DNA from: Tubulanus polymorphus
Lineage: Eukaryota; Animalia; Nemertea
NCBI RefSeq assembly: GCF_964204645.1
Contig: NC_134025.1
Location: 15,500,001 to 15,564,000 of the forward strand
Reading direction: 5' to 3'
DNA length: 64,000 nt
Made by a program: the position numbers and the translations under genes. The notes under the pieces were generated by a model. It was given only the letters and a program-made list of their open reading frames with translations. It did no database searches and was not told the origin of the DNA. Below are positions 26,859 through 40,445 of the stretch, one piece after another. The number at the start of each line of letters is the position of its first letter. Position 1 is the stretch's first letter.

Positions 26859-27087
26859 CAGTATGTTTATCGAAGAATTTAGGGCGCAGAACTTTAGACC
26901 AATACAAGACCAGAGGAATACTTCCAATAGGAGCTTGTGTTCCATCGTGCTTGCCATGAAGCCTTGAAGGGAATAATGGAAAGCTAAGTGGATCTACTGA
27001 TTCCAAATGATCTTCATTATCATGTATTAGAGGCTCTGGTCCAATAACAGCACCATTGGGAGGTAATGTCATCACCACTGGTAAATC
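26859..27087 (-). CDS. Predicted host-gene exon (DLPVVMTLPPNGAVIGPEPL...VLYWSKVLRPKFFDKHT), phase 0 to 1
   Basis: Acceptor tttttttgtag, donor gtaaga, 229 bp open; supplies the 0-to-1 phase change needed between exons 33239-33398 and 11616-11941. Confidence 0.7.
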
Positions 27088-27119
27088 CTACAAAAAAATC
27101 ATAATGTGGGCATGAGATC

Positions 27120-27327
27120 GGTTTTACTGTAAAAAAATTTACCTTTTTTTACATTTTCACCTCAGATTTTTTCAAATTCTAATAGCATCTAAATGGCACT
27201 AACAATGGCAAAATAGTGCCGTTATATCATATACATTGTTGCTCAATGATAAAGCTATCTAAACAACACAAAGGGCACGAAAAATGGAATGAAGTTCCCG
27301 GGATGGGTCATAAACCCTGATGAACTA
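27120..27327 (-). mobile_element. Possible Academ-like terminus (TAGTTCATCAGG...)
   Basis: Minus strand begins tagttcatcagggtttatgacccatcccgggaac; TAG terminus and position 5' of the decayed transposase; partner end not found. Confidence 0.35.
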
Positions 27328-28064
27328 TGTACATTCTCCAAGGGTTATGTTTCTCTCATAGTACCTATACATTTTGGTTAGGTGGTGCCAATTTCCATGA
27401 CCTCTTTATGATAAGATTTTCTTCTGCCGATTTAGATGGTTAATTCTTTTTCTCTGACGCATACAAGTAAGAAAGAAATCCCACAATAAATTTCAGCCAA
27501 AGACTTGAAAAAATGAGGAAACAGTTTAGCTATCAACTATTAGCTGTCAGTCAGATATAAGTCACACAAAGAACAATGACGAAAGTCATTTACCGTTGCG
27601 TACGGAAGGCCGCTAAGAGCGGCTTTCATGATGTCACAATTGTAACCACTGCCTACGTTCAAACTACACGTGATTTTAACCAATCAGAATGCGAGTAAAC
27701 ATTATGTTCATATTATGTGAGGGAATTCCATGGAATCCCCTACGCAATGCATTTAGACACTATTGATCATGGGAAGTACCAGAGGGGGAATCCCCTGTAA
27801 ACCAAAATGGCGGAAATTCCCTCTGCTGCGCGCAATTTTGAACTTGGGTATTCCTGAGTGAATGAGTAAATCAATGAAATACAGTTGAAGTTCATTCTAA
27901 TGCCATCCTTTTTAATGTCACTGCTCTCTCAACACCATCATTTTTCACAGAACAAATTTGCTCAAGATTAATCAAATTCAATGAACAATGCAATTCTTTA
28001 TAAGGCCAAATTCATCAAAACACAATATTTTCGATTGGTCCTTACGTTTTTGAGCTGCATATGA

Positions 28065-28760
28065 AACAAGAGGCCCATGGGCCTTGTACCTTCATGACGC
28101 AGTAGAAGTAGAATGATTCAGTATTCAAAGTTTTACAGAAAGATTTACATTGTTATGATGTAACAAGTTTCAAAATAGTTAAGATGGTATAGGCTATGTG
28201 GCGATGATGATCATTTTCTGTTAATATATCCTTACATGAAAAGAAAAGCCCATTTTAGCTGCCCCAAAGATCAAACTACATGAAAAAATGCATCAAGAAT
28301 TGGTGTAGGCATCGTGCTGAAAAGAAATCCAAGATGGATAGCAACACTGGTCGCCATACTTGAACTCAATTTTCAATAAGAGGTAGACATTTCACCTACC
28401 AAAATTCTTACACCTAGTATCATGAAAATGCATAAAGAATTGCAGGCCATATTTTGCTAGAAATTCAAGATGGCTGACCTGGCGGCGATATTTGAAAGCC
28501 GATGACCTCCATATACAGAAGGCATGGACAGCTTACCTACCCTGATCCTCACACCAAATTGTGTGGAAATCCATCAAGAATTGAGGGCTGCATCGGCAAA
28601 CAAGAAATTCAATATGGCCACCCTAATGGCAGCCATATTTGATCAACAATGACATTTTTTTACAATAGGGGTGGACAACTCGCCAGACCAAATCTTCAAG
28701 CTAATTTTCAAAAAGATTAATCGCAAATTACATGCGAATTACTGTGTCGAATTCAATTCA
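28065..28760 (+). mobile_element. Helentron/HINE-like element (aacaagaggcccatgggcc start) with internal repeats of about 140 bp
   Basis: Cores caagatgg...gccatatt recur at about 28330, 28466, 28610; the 5' part recurs at 49134-50240; similar starts at about 12466 and 52441. Confidence 0.7.
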
Positions 28761-30629
28761 ATTCCAGAGGTCCTGGCTTAGGCCTATGCAAAAGGAGTCA
28801 ATTAAGATTCGGCTTTTTGAAAAAACAGCACAGATGCCTATTCAAACCACAAGTAATTAAGAAATTCAGTGCTTCCTAGTTTGATGTCCCTGTTTTCATT
28901 GGGCATGTGGTTAAAATTATTGTTTACATCGAATGTCTTCAACAGCTGATACAACCGCACCCGCGTCTGTCAATCATTTCTTAATTGATTCAACTAAAAT
29001 GCTCACTATGAAAAAACTATACGGTGAATCAATCCGGAATTTTTCAGTAGAATGTCAGACACTAGGTACCCTTTTTTTAAAGGTCTACTTGTTGTATGTC
29101 ATTAACAATCAGTTATATAATACTTTATTCATAACTTTGAAGCGAGGTCAGTCACGTAGGCCAACGATAACACGAAACAGACCACGGTTTGCCAGTTAAG
29201 AGCGTCTCTCCGCATAAATTAGAGGGACTGTAATGGACCTTTAATAAACTTCGTATGGATACAATCAAGATAATTCCACCCTGTAATTCCACTATTCAAC
29301 GATCGACGCGTAGCTCAAACATTGCGCCGCCATTCAATACGCTAGTCACGATGTATCTCTTACACACATCAAAATCACACTTGAAAAGTGTTGACTTATG
29401 AGAAACGATCGAAATCTAGCAATTTGATTGGGAAAATAGCAGCACTGTAGTTGAAGAAAGTTGATGAACCACCTCCGACTGTTTAATCATTTAAAAGCTT
29501 TGCCTTCACATGGAACTATTTCCGCCTTATCACAGGTGCACTCTGCCGCCGTGATTCGCCCATTCAACGATAAAAACTTTCCCACGGTCTTACTATCAGC
29601 ATTTTCTAATAATTTAGGGAAATATTTCAAAAAAGTGAAATTTCACACTTTGCATTAATAAGATTAAAGTATTCATTCGTTTGACAAATCTTCCTCTGAA
29701 CTCCCACCAACAAGTTATAAGTGGCGACACGAAAATGACGTCATCCACTCAACACCATCTTATAAGCTTCATGACTACGTCACGATGGTAAAAAAATTGT
29801 GTAGGCCCAGATTACACCACGAGTGTTTTATTGAATCATAATCTGTTCAGTACTGAAAAAGGCTGGTTTGCATATAATTGCTAATGATATGTTAACATTT
29901 TGCTGATGACAATGCCCCCAATTGAGGTCATTGCAATTTTATACGCGAGAGCTAAGAATTTTCCCGCCAAAAAAAGTTTTTCGTAGAATTTTAACAATGT
30001 TGACCATGTCATCGACGGAGGTCCGCCATGTCATACATGAATTGGCTCAATGCCAACTTCATATCGCTGACGAAGGTAAACCAATAAAAAGTATTCAATA
30101 CACTGTCGGGGCTTGTCAGGTTAGTATAAATAAGGCCAGCCATGGAAAACCCAATGATCTAGTTACCGTTGTGTTGCTTGCAAAAAATTCCAAGTCAAGA
30201 AATTTTGCCAGATGCTCCCGCCCCGCCAAGCCATTTCAATTCATCCCCCAACCCCATGCAAGTCTATAACAACTGTCACAATAACTTGCCCCTTCCCATA
30301 TTGAAATGACAGAAATACTGGAAACAAAACTCACCTAATTAAGCAGGAATCCTGAAGCAGAGATTGAGAACAATGAATCTGAATAAAATAATCTAAATAT
30401 TTTGCTTATTTTATGGTTACATAGGCCATGTACTCGGCTGAGAGCAGATTGTCTCCCAGGCGAAATAAATTAAGTTGAAATTTGGATTTGATAATTAATA
30501 GTTATTAGAAGGGCACACAAATGCGGATGAAAACAAATCAAGCAACTAAAAATTACGCTGTATACTTTGATATCGATGTAATGTTGCTCCGTTACATATT
30601 AGCCTAGGTAAATGACAGTTTGTCACTCG

Positions 30630-31053
30630 AAATCAACAGAAAACACCAGCTAACATCACAGTTGTTAAGTCAATTAATTAATTTACTTAAATAATACTTG
30701 TTCTAAGAATTTTGCGGGCTTAAAATAATTGACACTGATTGACCGAATAAATCAAAATACCGTCAACATTGGACACAGCATTGTCATACTTAACTGGGTT
30801 CTTACACTGCATTACATAATTCTATCATATTCAGCAATAAAGATGAACATCACTTACCTACGGATACACGCTTAATGACGTGTAACCGTGCAATTTCTTG
30901 TTCGGCTAAACTTGTTGTTTGGGCAATACCCCAGCTGCTGAGGGGTATTCCCCGGTATTCCCTAAACCACCAATCAGAGTGCAGCTTTCTCACAATGACG
31001 TCGAAAGCGCAATTAAGTAGGTCGGGCACTACCCCATTGAAGAGCAGTGATTA
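30630..31053 (+). repeat. Uninterrupted copy of the repeat at 1-1038
   Basis: Colinear similarity; single TTAA at 30790-30793. Confidence 0.85.
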
Positions 31054-33238
31054 GTTTTTACCACTAAAATTTCATGGCTTTTCATGAAAATTCACCGTTG
31101 AGATTGTAATAAGATGCATTGCTGGATATAGTGATTTACGGTGTCTTTATTTTGAAGATGGCCAAATCAACAGAACTATGAGTATTCTGATTTTCTAGGG
31201 GGTCTTCCTGCACTAAACCCTCAAAAATTACCCCAGCCATTGGACCCCCTTCTTCACAGATCAGAAGTAAAAATACTTTTGCATCATTCTATAGCTAAAA
31301 AAACTTCTGCAAACATCAAAATGCAATAAGACATCTCTCTCTTTCACAGAGAAATGAATGGTTATTTTGGCCTTGAGCAATACCACCTGTAATCTTTTTA
31401 GTCGAGGCAGATAAGCAGGATGCAATTTGCAATACGGGTCCCCCAATGTGTACTTGGTATATGCACTCGGAGAATGGTCTCGCCTGTTGAGTACTTGTGT
31501 ACTGGACCAAGTGTGGCCACACAGGGTACTGGACCCTGTCCACACACCATATTCCTAGTTACATAACCCGACCAGGGCCATGGTAAAATGGGTGTATTGA
31601 TTTTCACACATAAGTTTTATCTCAACTTTTATCAAATTACATAAATATTCTATACACTATGTCCAATTTGTCATGCCATTTCAGTGAGTATTTAGTTGAA
31701 TCATGAACAACAACATTCATTTAATTATCTGAAGAGAAAAAACTGTGTCAGGCCCCAGTATTAGGTTTCCCAGATTTTACAAAATCTTCCAGTTCATTCC
31801 TCTTAGACTACCATGCAATTGGGCCATCAACAAATAAATAACTAAATTAATAAATAAGCAATGCATTCCAATGAAATTCAATAAGGTTAGAGATTCTAAT
31901 ACTGCATTGAGTGTTTTGAAAGTTCCGAAGAGAAACTAAGCCTTGTTTGGAAGTTATTTTGTACCAAAAGTGAAAGCCCATAATAAGTTTTGAAGTCTAG
32001 TTGCATTAAAAAAAGCGAATATATTTGCAGGATGCCTAAGTCAAATGTTTATATTACAAAATGTCAGACCTAATTCCCAAGTGAGAACATTACATCTAGA
32101 CAGTGTTTTAACAACATAACAGCATATGACTGATGGGATAATTCCAGATACATTATAAATCCACAATAGTCATCTGCAAACATATTTCAATAAACTTTGA
32201 AAGGCTTTTCCAGTTTCAATATCCATATTCTCGATTGTCATTTTGGTATGCCTTTCTTAAAAACAATGCCAGACATTTAAAATCACTTTCTCTCTTTACT
32301 GATTATCAGTGTTCTATGATTATGTTTTTTTGGATCCAGTACAGCTGGTGTAGCTGGGCCAATGCAGGAATAAGAAAAAAACAAATCCACAAAACAGTCA
32401 AATACACAGGAAATCATAATACAATTTTTAAAGTTAAAAGTAGGTATTTTATTGCTTCAAGGTTTGAGTTTAAAATGTCTCATTCAGATAATTCACTCAA
32501 GTTGATTAAGGTTTTAAAGTAAACACTGGCTAGGTTTCATAGATGTTGAAGCAAAAAAGTCCCAAGGAACATTTTGAAATTTGCTAGTTATAACGATAGT
32601 TTCTCATTGTTATGATGGTTGTTGTCACCCAGATTGAGGATTTAACCCTAAGGAGAACTTGGATACTCAGTCTATTAGACTGGGCCAGGAGCCGTAAACT
32701 TACTTATCTTACTGCTTATCTTTTCTTTCCGGTTTAATTCAGTTATTTTCCGAACTCAATAATCCGTCAAAAATTGATCTTGTCCCAATAATGGCCCATA
32801 ATCGAGGCAGGACTGTAGTTTTGATATTTGATATGTTTTTTACTGTCATTTTAGGTCTGAATTTGTATGGCTTTTCATATTGCATTGCAATTTGAGGTTT
32901 ATATATCAGACAATGAACTGTCCCAGGATTGTGTTTATCATGGCTTGACCAGAGCACACCATTGATTAGTTGAAGAGATGTGATAGCCAGTTCTGTCCTT
33001 CCACGATATCGTAGGAGCACTGGACTGGTGTTCCACCTAGACTCCTTAGCGATTTCATTCACTGACACTCTCTTCAGTTCCCATTGCCGAATTAAGAGAA
33101 ACTGTATTATAGATTTGCTCTTTGTTAAGTTATTTCGTGGGTCAACAGGAATTGTCAGTCCAAGGAAACCTAAATCCAAACAGCATTTAAGTCTACTACC
33201 CCATGTATTGTCCTGACCTACTTAAAATATATACATAC

Positions 33239-33398
33239 CAGAACTTCCAGATCATCTATCGCAATGAGTGTTTCAGCTGCCTTTTCATCCTTGGGACCAT
33301 GGAAAACGTTTATGACCATATGGTTTGCAAAGCTAGGTTGAAGCTGTTTAACCCCACGTGGAAGCTCATCAGAAACACAAAATTCAAATTCTCCAACT
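33239..33398 (-). CDS. Predicted host-gene exon (VGEFEFCVSDELPRGVKQLQPSFANHMVINVFHGPKDEKAAETLIAIDDLEVL), phase 2 to 0
   Basis: Acceptor tattttttag, donor gtatgt, 160 bp open with a globular-looking peptide; absent from the ORF track. Confidence 0.72.
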
Positions 33399-33994
33399 CT
33401 AAAAAATATTATGAGTATTGTTAAAGTTTTTTAGAGTATTGGCCAAAATCTTTTACTACCATTCATCGATTAACATACAGGACTTAATGTGCAATTAGCT
33501 AGGGAAACAAGAGAGCATAAAAAAATGGGACTTTCCAAAAATTGGAGGTGTGATTGGTCATTGCTTTGTTTACAGTCAACGGTGCCAATTTGACATAACA
33601 TTTTCATACAATCTTTATTTCAACTTAAACCTTTCATGCTCGGGCTAAATATCCCTAATTTCTAAAGGCAATTTTTAAAACAAGGTCTAGTTTCTATTCT
33701 AGATGGCAGTATTCTAGAAGTCAGATGGCGAAATAGATTCGGCTGAGTAAAACAGGTGGTAGAGGTACAGTTTGTGGCAGGCAGTAGCTAGCTCCTCAAC
33801 ACATGCAAAAAGACCACCTGGCACACCAGTCATTGGTCAATCTAAGAATCGTCGCTGGCAGGAAATGCTGTAGGAAATATAGAGTATTGATAAATGGTTG
33901 AAGCCCACGACCGAATAAAGTAATATATTCTTTTATTTTGATACCTCGTCGACACGACAGCTTTTCTCCGCTATATCTCTTCGGCGTGTTTAGT

Positions 33995-34827
33995 TTAGGC
34001 CTACAACTCCCCGGTACTCTAATGATTTATCCCAAAATTCTGATGTTTTTGCGCCAGATTGCTCAGCTGAGAATGCTGTAAAGCCAACCAAGTCATCTAA
34101 GTCTAAACCAGCAGCAAAACGAGGGAGAACTTCAACATTAGAAGATGATCCAGAAAATATTTCATTGGCAGATATACTGGCGAGCATTGAAGGACCTAAA
34201 ACTTCTACAGCAAACGTGATTAAAGACGAACTTATGATTAAATATGATCAGAGGATAAGCCACATTGAAACAGAGAATCGTAAACTAAGAGAGTATCTGA
34301 AATCAATGGAAAAGAGGTGAAGTGATGGCGAACTAGCCAATAAAAAACTACAGCAAGAAATGTCAGAAATGAAAAGAAAAATTGTTGAAAATAATCAGTA
34401 TTCTAGAAGGAATAATTTGCGCTTTTTCAACATCTAGGAACAGCCGAATGAAAACTGTAAAAAACTAGTTATTGATGAAATAAACAACAATCTCAGTACA
34501 TATGTGCGAAAGGTTAAAAAGATCGATATTGAGATTGCTCATCCAGTACCCAGGAAAAACAAACAGTCCAGCGATAATACCCCAGATGGGGTAATCGAAT
34601 GGGATAACAGAAACGATATTTATGCTAATAGAAAACATTTGAATGGTAAAGAATTATTTCTTCGTGAGGACTTGTGCCCCGAAGTGTACAAATGTAAAAT
34701 GAGAGCATCGGACAGTGATAAATTTACGAAAGTTTGGACTCAAAATGGTTTTGTCTATGGTATCGATAAAGTCAAGAAAGAAAAGCACAAACTGAAAATT
34801 TTTGATCCTGAATTTCGGTTGAAATAA
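33995..34827 (+). pseudogene. LINE ORF1 (coiled coil plus L1-type RRM), in-frame stops
   Basis: NQYSRRNNLRFFNI*EQPNEN, IDIEIAH, LFLREDL, VWTQNG motifs. Confidence 0.85.
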
Positions 34828-35128
34828 TCCAGTTCTTTGTTGGGCTATTGTACTATTTAGATAGACATGGTAACTACACGTTCCGCTAAGTTGACATTTC
34901 CTCACTGTATTATAGTATACTATATCAGTTGTGCATTATTGCTTCCCAGAAAATTAACCCCTACTAGTTCCTGCATTCCATAACAATATGATATCCAACT
35001 CAAGATTTAAAATATTCAGGTTGTTGAGTACTCCAACATAAACTTAGAAATGTCATTCAATGTTTATCCATCCATCATGTTATCATTTCCTCATCCTTTC
35101 ATTGAAGTACTAGCTTGCTTAGACCTTT

Positions 35129-38103
35129 TTGATAAATATGTGTCTAGGTAACATGGATATGTCGACAAGATTGGAGAAAATTCATAATGATAAAGAATTT
35201 GATTTTTCAAGGTTAATTGATGATTTTCAAATGTTTGAAAAATTGTGTCCTTACGTTGAATCATCAGAGCTTGGGCAATTTGACTGTATACGTAGTCTTA
35301 ATGTACTTCATTTGAATATTCATAATTTACCGTCTAAACTAGATGAACTAGAAAATGTAATCAAAAGCTGCCGACAATGCAATTATGAAATAGATGTAAT
35401 AATGCTATGCGAGACATTTCTATACGATGTTAATTTTGATCTCTATAATATACCGGGATATAATTTTGTAGAAAGGCACCGCAACAATCTAATTTGAGGA
35501 GGATTTGCGATCTATATAAATGATGAAATCGATTTTAAAATTCGAGGTGATCTATCAATTTTTAAAGAAAGACAGTTTGAATCGTGTATCCTCGAAATAA
35601 AAAGAATAAACTCTAAAAATATAATACTAGGTGAGATCTATAGAATCCCAGGAACAAGTGAAATGGAATTCCTGTGCGACTACAACAACTTGCTTGAAGC
35701 TATAAGTCGAGAAAATAAACTCGCTATATTAGGCATGGACCAGAATCTTGACCTAATTAAAATTAATCAGCATAAAAACACTGCAGAATTTTTAAATTTA
35801 AATCTTAGTCATAACTTATTACCAACTATCATAAGACCAACTAGAGTAACTTCTAAAACAGCAACTTTAATAGATAACATATATATTAGTTCAGAGTTCA
35901 ATAATTATGAAAGCTACATTCTTACTAATCATGTATCTGACCATTTTGCGTGCCTCACTACAATTTTTACACAAAAGCATACAACCAAAGTAGTCAATGA
36001 ACAGTTTTATTATAGAGATTTATTTGATGCAAATGTCGTTAAAATAAAACAAAAATTGTCTAACATAAATTGGAACACTCTGCAAGAATTAAACTGTGAA
36101 GCAGGTTATGATTTTGTTGTCCAAAATATAAAACATTCTGTAGATGAAGTATCTCCTTCTTAAAACCACTAGAAACTTAACATTAATGAACCTTTGATGA
36201 CTAAAGGCCTTTGTATAGCTTCGGGCACTAAAGATAAAATGTATAAAAAAGTAATAGGACTTGAGAAAGATATCACCCACGATATGTAAACTACTTAAAT
36301 TATCGGAACAACTTAAATTATACAAAGTGCAGGGCCAAGAAAACCTACTAGGCTGACAAAATTTTATCGTTTGAAAATAATGCAAGAAAGCTGTGGAGTT
36401 TTTTGAAAACAGTCATAGGTAAGCAAAATGATAAAACATGTGTAACTTCTAGTAATTTCATAATTAAAGGAAAAGTAATGAGTGATCCTGTAGAAATATG
36501 TAACTCTTTCAATGATTTTTTCAGTACAGTTGGAAAATCATTTGCCTCAAAAATACAGAACCCTACCAATACTTATGATGTATACTTAAAGCGCTCTAAC
36601 AATAACTCAATATTTCTTTTTCCTACAGACCAAAAAGAAGTTCAAACTTTCATAAATAGTCTACCTTAAAAAAACTAGCTGTGGTCATGATGATGCGAAT
36701 AACATACTAATAATATCAATTGCCCATGAGATTTCTATGCCTTTAACAATTGTATTCAACAAGTCGATGAGTGAAGGTCACTTCCCTACAAATATGAAAA
36801 CCGCTAAAGTTGTACCTATTTTTAAAGCTAAAGACAAAAATGACATCAATAATTATAGACCGATATCCCTCCTACCAGTTTTATCTAAATTACTAGAAAA
36901 GATCATACATAAAAGACTCTACGACTTTGTCAATAAGAATAACTTCCTCTATAAAAGCCAATACGGATTTAGAGCCAATCACTCAACCAGTCATGCTTTG
37001 ACTGAATTTTTGAGTCATGCTATTAATAGTATTGATACAAAGAACTTTATGCTAAGTGTATATTTAGATATTTCTAAAGCTTTCGACTCACTCGATATTA
37101 ATGTTCTTATCAAAAAATTAAATTATTATGGCGTTCGTGGAATAGCCTTAGATTGGTTTAAAAGCTATCTTACAGATCGAAATATGTTTGTGCAATATAA
37201 AAATCATAATTCAGAGTTGAGAAGCATTGAGTATGGAATACCACAGGGCTAGATATTAGGGCCTCTGCTTTTTATCATTTATACCAACGACTTGACCCTA
37301 AATTCAAATTGTAAAAATTGTAAAGCTGTTCTCTTTGCGGACGACAGTACACTATTTGTTATTAATAAAAATCTTAAAGTTCTAGTTTCTAATATGAAAA
37401 ATGACCTAAATGTTGTTATAGATTGGTTTAAAGCCAATAAGCTTACCCTTAACCTTACTAAAACAGCATATATGTTATTTAAGCCGTATTCATTTAAAGT
37501 TAATCATAATGAAATCAATCTGAAAATTTGTCCTTTGAAGAACATGCCCAAACCGTAATTAACAAAATCAATAAAAATCTATACATGACTAAAACACTTA
37601 AAATTTTTGTTCCAACCTGGACCAAAAGAATCCTATACTTCAGTTATATCCAAAGCCACCTAACATATTGCCTAAACTTATGGGCTCCTCTAATTACCAA
37701 ATCTACTCTAGACAAAATATTCATCCTTCAAAAAAGAGCAGTACGTTTGATCAAAAATTCAGATATTTGCTCACCATCGTCCCCCACATTCAAATCATTA
37801 AATATATTTAAGCTATATGATCTTATCAATCTTGAAATGTTAAAAACTGCATATAACTTCTGCAAATCCAAACTACCGGTACCGGTCCTAGATATATTTA
37901 ATAGAAATTCATTTACTCATAATTATAACACCCGCCAAAGAAACTATCCCAGAATAGGCTTACATAACACAAGTTTATATAATAGATCCTTTATGAAAAA
38001 TGTACCAATGATATGGCAAAACAGCACAGACACCTTGAGAAGTTCTCCAAGCATCAAAACACTGATAAATAGATTTAAGAAAATCACAATTTCCTCTTAT
38101 TGA
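35129..38103 (+). pseudogene. LINE ORF2, apurinic endonuclease plus reverse transcriptase, fragmented
   Basis: APE motifs LHLNI, LCETFL, IYRIPG, PTRVT..TLIDNIY, SDH; RT motifs NYRPISLL, QYGFR, DISKAFD, GIPQG*ILGPLLF, LFADD; several stops and frameshifts. Confidence 0.95.
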
Positions 38104-38514
38104 AATCAATTGAAATTAAATAATCGTATTATTAAATAATAATACTCCAATTCACTGTCGCTTTAAACATTGATAAAAATGTTCTGTTTGTGGAATCAAT
38201 TTTTAGGCAGGCTATTTCTCTCTTCATCCACCCCATTCCATTTCATCTCAACCATAACACTTGTATTTGCATTATATTGTTGTCAGTGTGCATGGGACTC
38301 TCGGGTTTACAGCTTATAATGGCTTCCATGCATCCTGCCATATATATATGTATATATATATATTTATATAATGTATACTTTGTAATTTGTTAATCATTAT
38401 ATATATGGAAAATAAACTTGAACTTGAACTTGATTCTCATGATGAGGAGAAACTCGCAGCTGATCCCCAGAACGACGATGTAGTGACACAAATCAATTCG
38501 TTGATGTTTACAAT

Positions 38515-39420
38515 CAACTCAACTTTAATGCGATGTGTCCATTTAAGTGGAAAATCGATGTAGTTAATTGTATGTTATTTAGATCTTACAATATTTGTAA
38601 TAGTTGGCAGGTTTTCACTAAAGAATTAGATTGTCTCCGTGACATGTTTTGCCGTAACGGTTACCCAGGCAGGGTGTCTGATAATTGTGTCAAACATTTT
38701 CTGGATTCTAGATTTACGCCGGGTAATAAACAGATTGAACGCGATGAAGTTTCTCAATTTATCTCAATTCCATATGTGGGCTACCCCTCCATACTATTTG
38801 CCCTTAAGATCAGAAATTTGTTCAAAAAACATTATTGTATTGATCTCAAGTGCTCATTCACTACCACAAAGATTAAAAATTTCTTCTCATTGAAATGTCC
38901 TACTCCTAAATCCCTTAAGGCTAATGTTGTATACAAATTCAATTGTTTATGTGATGTAAACGTTTCCTACGTAGGAAAAAATAAACGACATCTAGCTACG
39001 AGAGTTAAAGAGCATCGAACAAACAAATCCGCTATCGGACAACATTTAACTATCTGTTCCACCTGTAGTCAGGACTTCAATGAAAACAAATTCAAGATTT
39101 TAGACAAAGCTAACTCAGACTTTGAATGTAAAATCCGAGAGGCGTTGTTTATTATATTAGAAAAGCTGTCTTTAAACTTACAATTGTTTCAAAATGGATC
39201 CTCATTCATTTTAAATGTATTTCGTTAATCTGGCCTGGTCTGGTTGTTGCCAGGTTATATTATGTAATCTTCTGCTATTTTAAGCACCACTGTTGACCTG
39301 TTTCTGTAAACTTATATCTTAACATACTGTAGTTTTGCATCATTTGTTACTTGTCTTGAGAAGGGGTACCCGGTATATGTTAACCCGAAAACGTTCGACT
39401 TATTCAACATGATTTATATA
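38515..39420 (+). mobile_element. 5'-truncated Penelope-like element (RT thumb/linker plus GIY-YIG endonuclease, ORF 38533-39228)
   Basis: NGYP linker, NVVYKFNC..SYVGKNKRHLATRVKEH, SAIGQH, IREALFI, LN motifs of PLE GIY-YIG domains. Confidence 0.9.
39353..39399 (+). ncRNA. Variant minimal hammerhead-like motif in the PLE 3' repeat
   Basis: gtc-TTGAGAA-ggg...ccc-GAAA-acgt-TC-gac; the core deviates from CUGANGA. Confidence 0.45.
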
Positions 39421-39899
39421 TATGGAAAATAAAACTGTTTGTTCTTTTATGGATTTAACAACATTGTTCGAATGAATTTTCCAAGTTGATATAATAAAGA
39501 TTAAAAAAAGTTGATATAATAAAGATTCAAATTTAGAAATCGAAATATTAGTGGAAAGAGTACTTTTCAAATGAATGCAAGCACAATCGTTCAATGAAAG
39601 TAAAAGAAAAGTAAAGGAATTTTACAAATTCGGTCATATGTCATCCGCAAAGCTGCGCATGAATACAAATACTAAGACTGATCACGCTCACTCAACAAAG
39701 TTGGTGTGCGCTGTTGAGAAAAACAAAACCGATTAAACAAAATGATAAAACAAAGAAAACGATAACCAATTTAGCCAATATATGAAAGGAACCTCGATTT
39801 TATTACTGCATAAAATGTGTGTAAATAGAAGAGATCAAGAAAGTTTCTAATGAAAGTTATCGACTCCCTAAGCAAGTAATCAACCCCTGTGATAGCAAG

Positions 39900-40170
39900 A
39901 TGGGCTTGCAAGCTTGCAATGTGTAAAAAGTGCTGATTATAGCGAACAACGATGGCTGCCAGTCGGCCATCTTGAATCTAAAAGGGCCAGTTTTTGAGCT
40001 GAAGATGTGGCTAGCGTAGATACATACATGTGTAACCAAAATATAAAGACATTACATTGAAGCGTCTTTAAAACTACCCAAAATAACTTGATTCCGTCCA
40101 CCGACAGCGGATGACGGTCGAAAAGTGAACGCAATAGCCCGCTGGGACTGAAGTCCCAAGTTGACTATAA
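39900..40170 (+). mobile_element. HINE-like 3' fragment
   Basis: gatggctgccagtcggccatcttg core and terminal hairpin gggactgaagtccc. Confidence 0.5.
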
Positions 40171-40204
40171 AGGTGGCACAAGTCCTGCTCACAGCTGTTT
40201 AACT

Positions 40205-40445
40205 ACCTGATCGCAACAGAGCAGGATGTTCTCAAAGAGCTGAAGGAGCAGACAGCAGACTGGATTGACGAATACTTCAAGATCCTAGAAAGCGAGGTGG
40301 AATAAGTCCTGAAAAGTTTGAAGCATGGCATGTCCCCTGGATCCGACAACATATCTATTGAAATCCTATCAAACGGCGGAGTAAAAGCATAGTCCAGAAT
40401 ATGCAACCATGTATTCAAGACAGGGAACTGGCCCAAGAATTGGGC
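40205..40445 (+). pseudogene. RTE-like LINE RT domain-0 fragment
   Basis: ILESEVE*VLKSLKHGMSPGSDNISIEILSNGG...CNHVFKTGNWPKNW fits the EVxxALxxLKxGKSPGxDxI...GxxPxxW pattern. Confidence 0.7.

Larger units (their letters stand above)
33990..38433 (+). mobile_element. Near full-length decayed LINE of the CR1/L2 group (Crack/L2B-like)
   Basis: ORF1 remnant, APE-RT ORF2 remnant, 3' UTR, aataaa and an (acttga)3 tail at 38416-38433. The 5' boundary is approximate. Confidence 0.92.

Noticed and set aside
30335-30378. 44-bp AG..GT segment as a host exon
   Set aside because: Strong splice sites, but open only as phase 0 to 2, which would break the frame between 33239 and 27087; at most a poison or alternative exon.
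32739-33179. 146-aa ORF as a gene
   Set aside because: No recognisable motif, non-ATG start, and it begins just inside the intron after exon 33239-33398.
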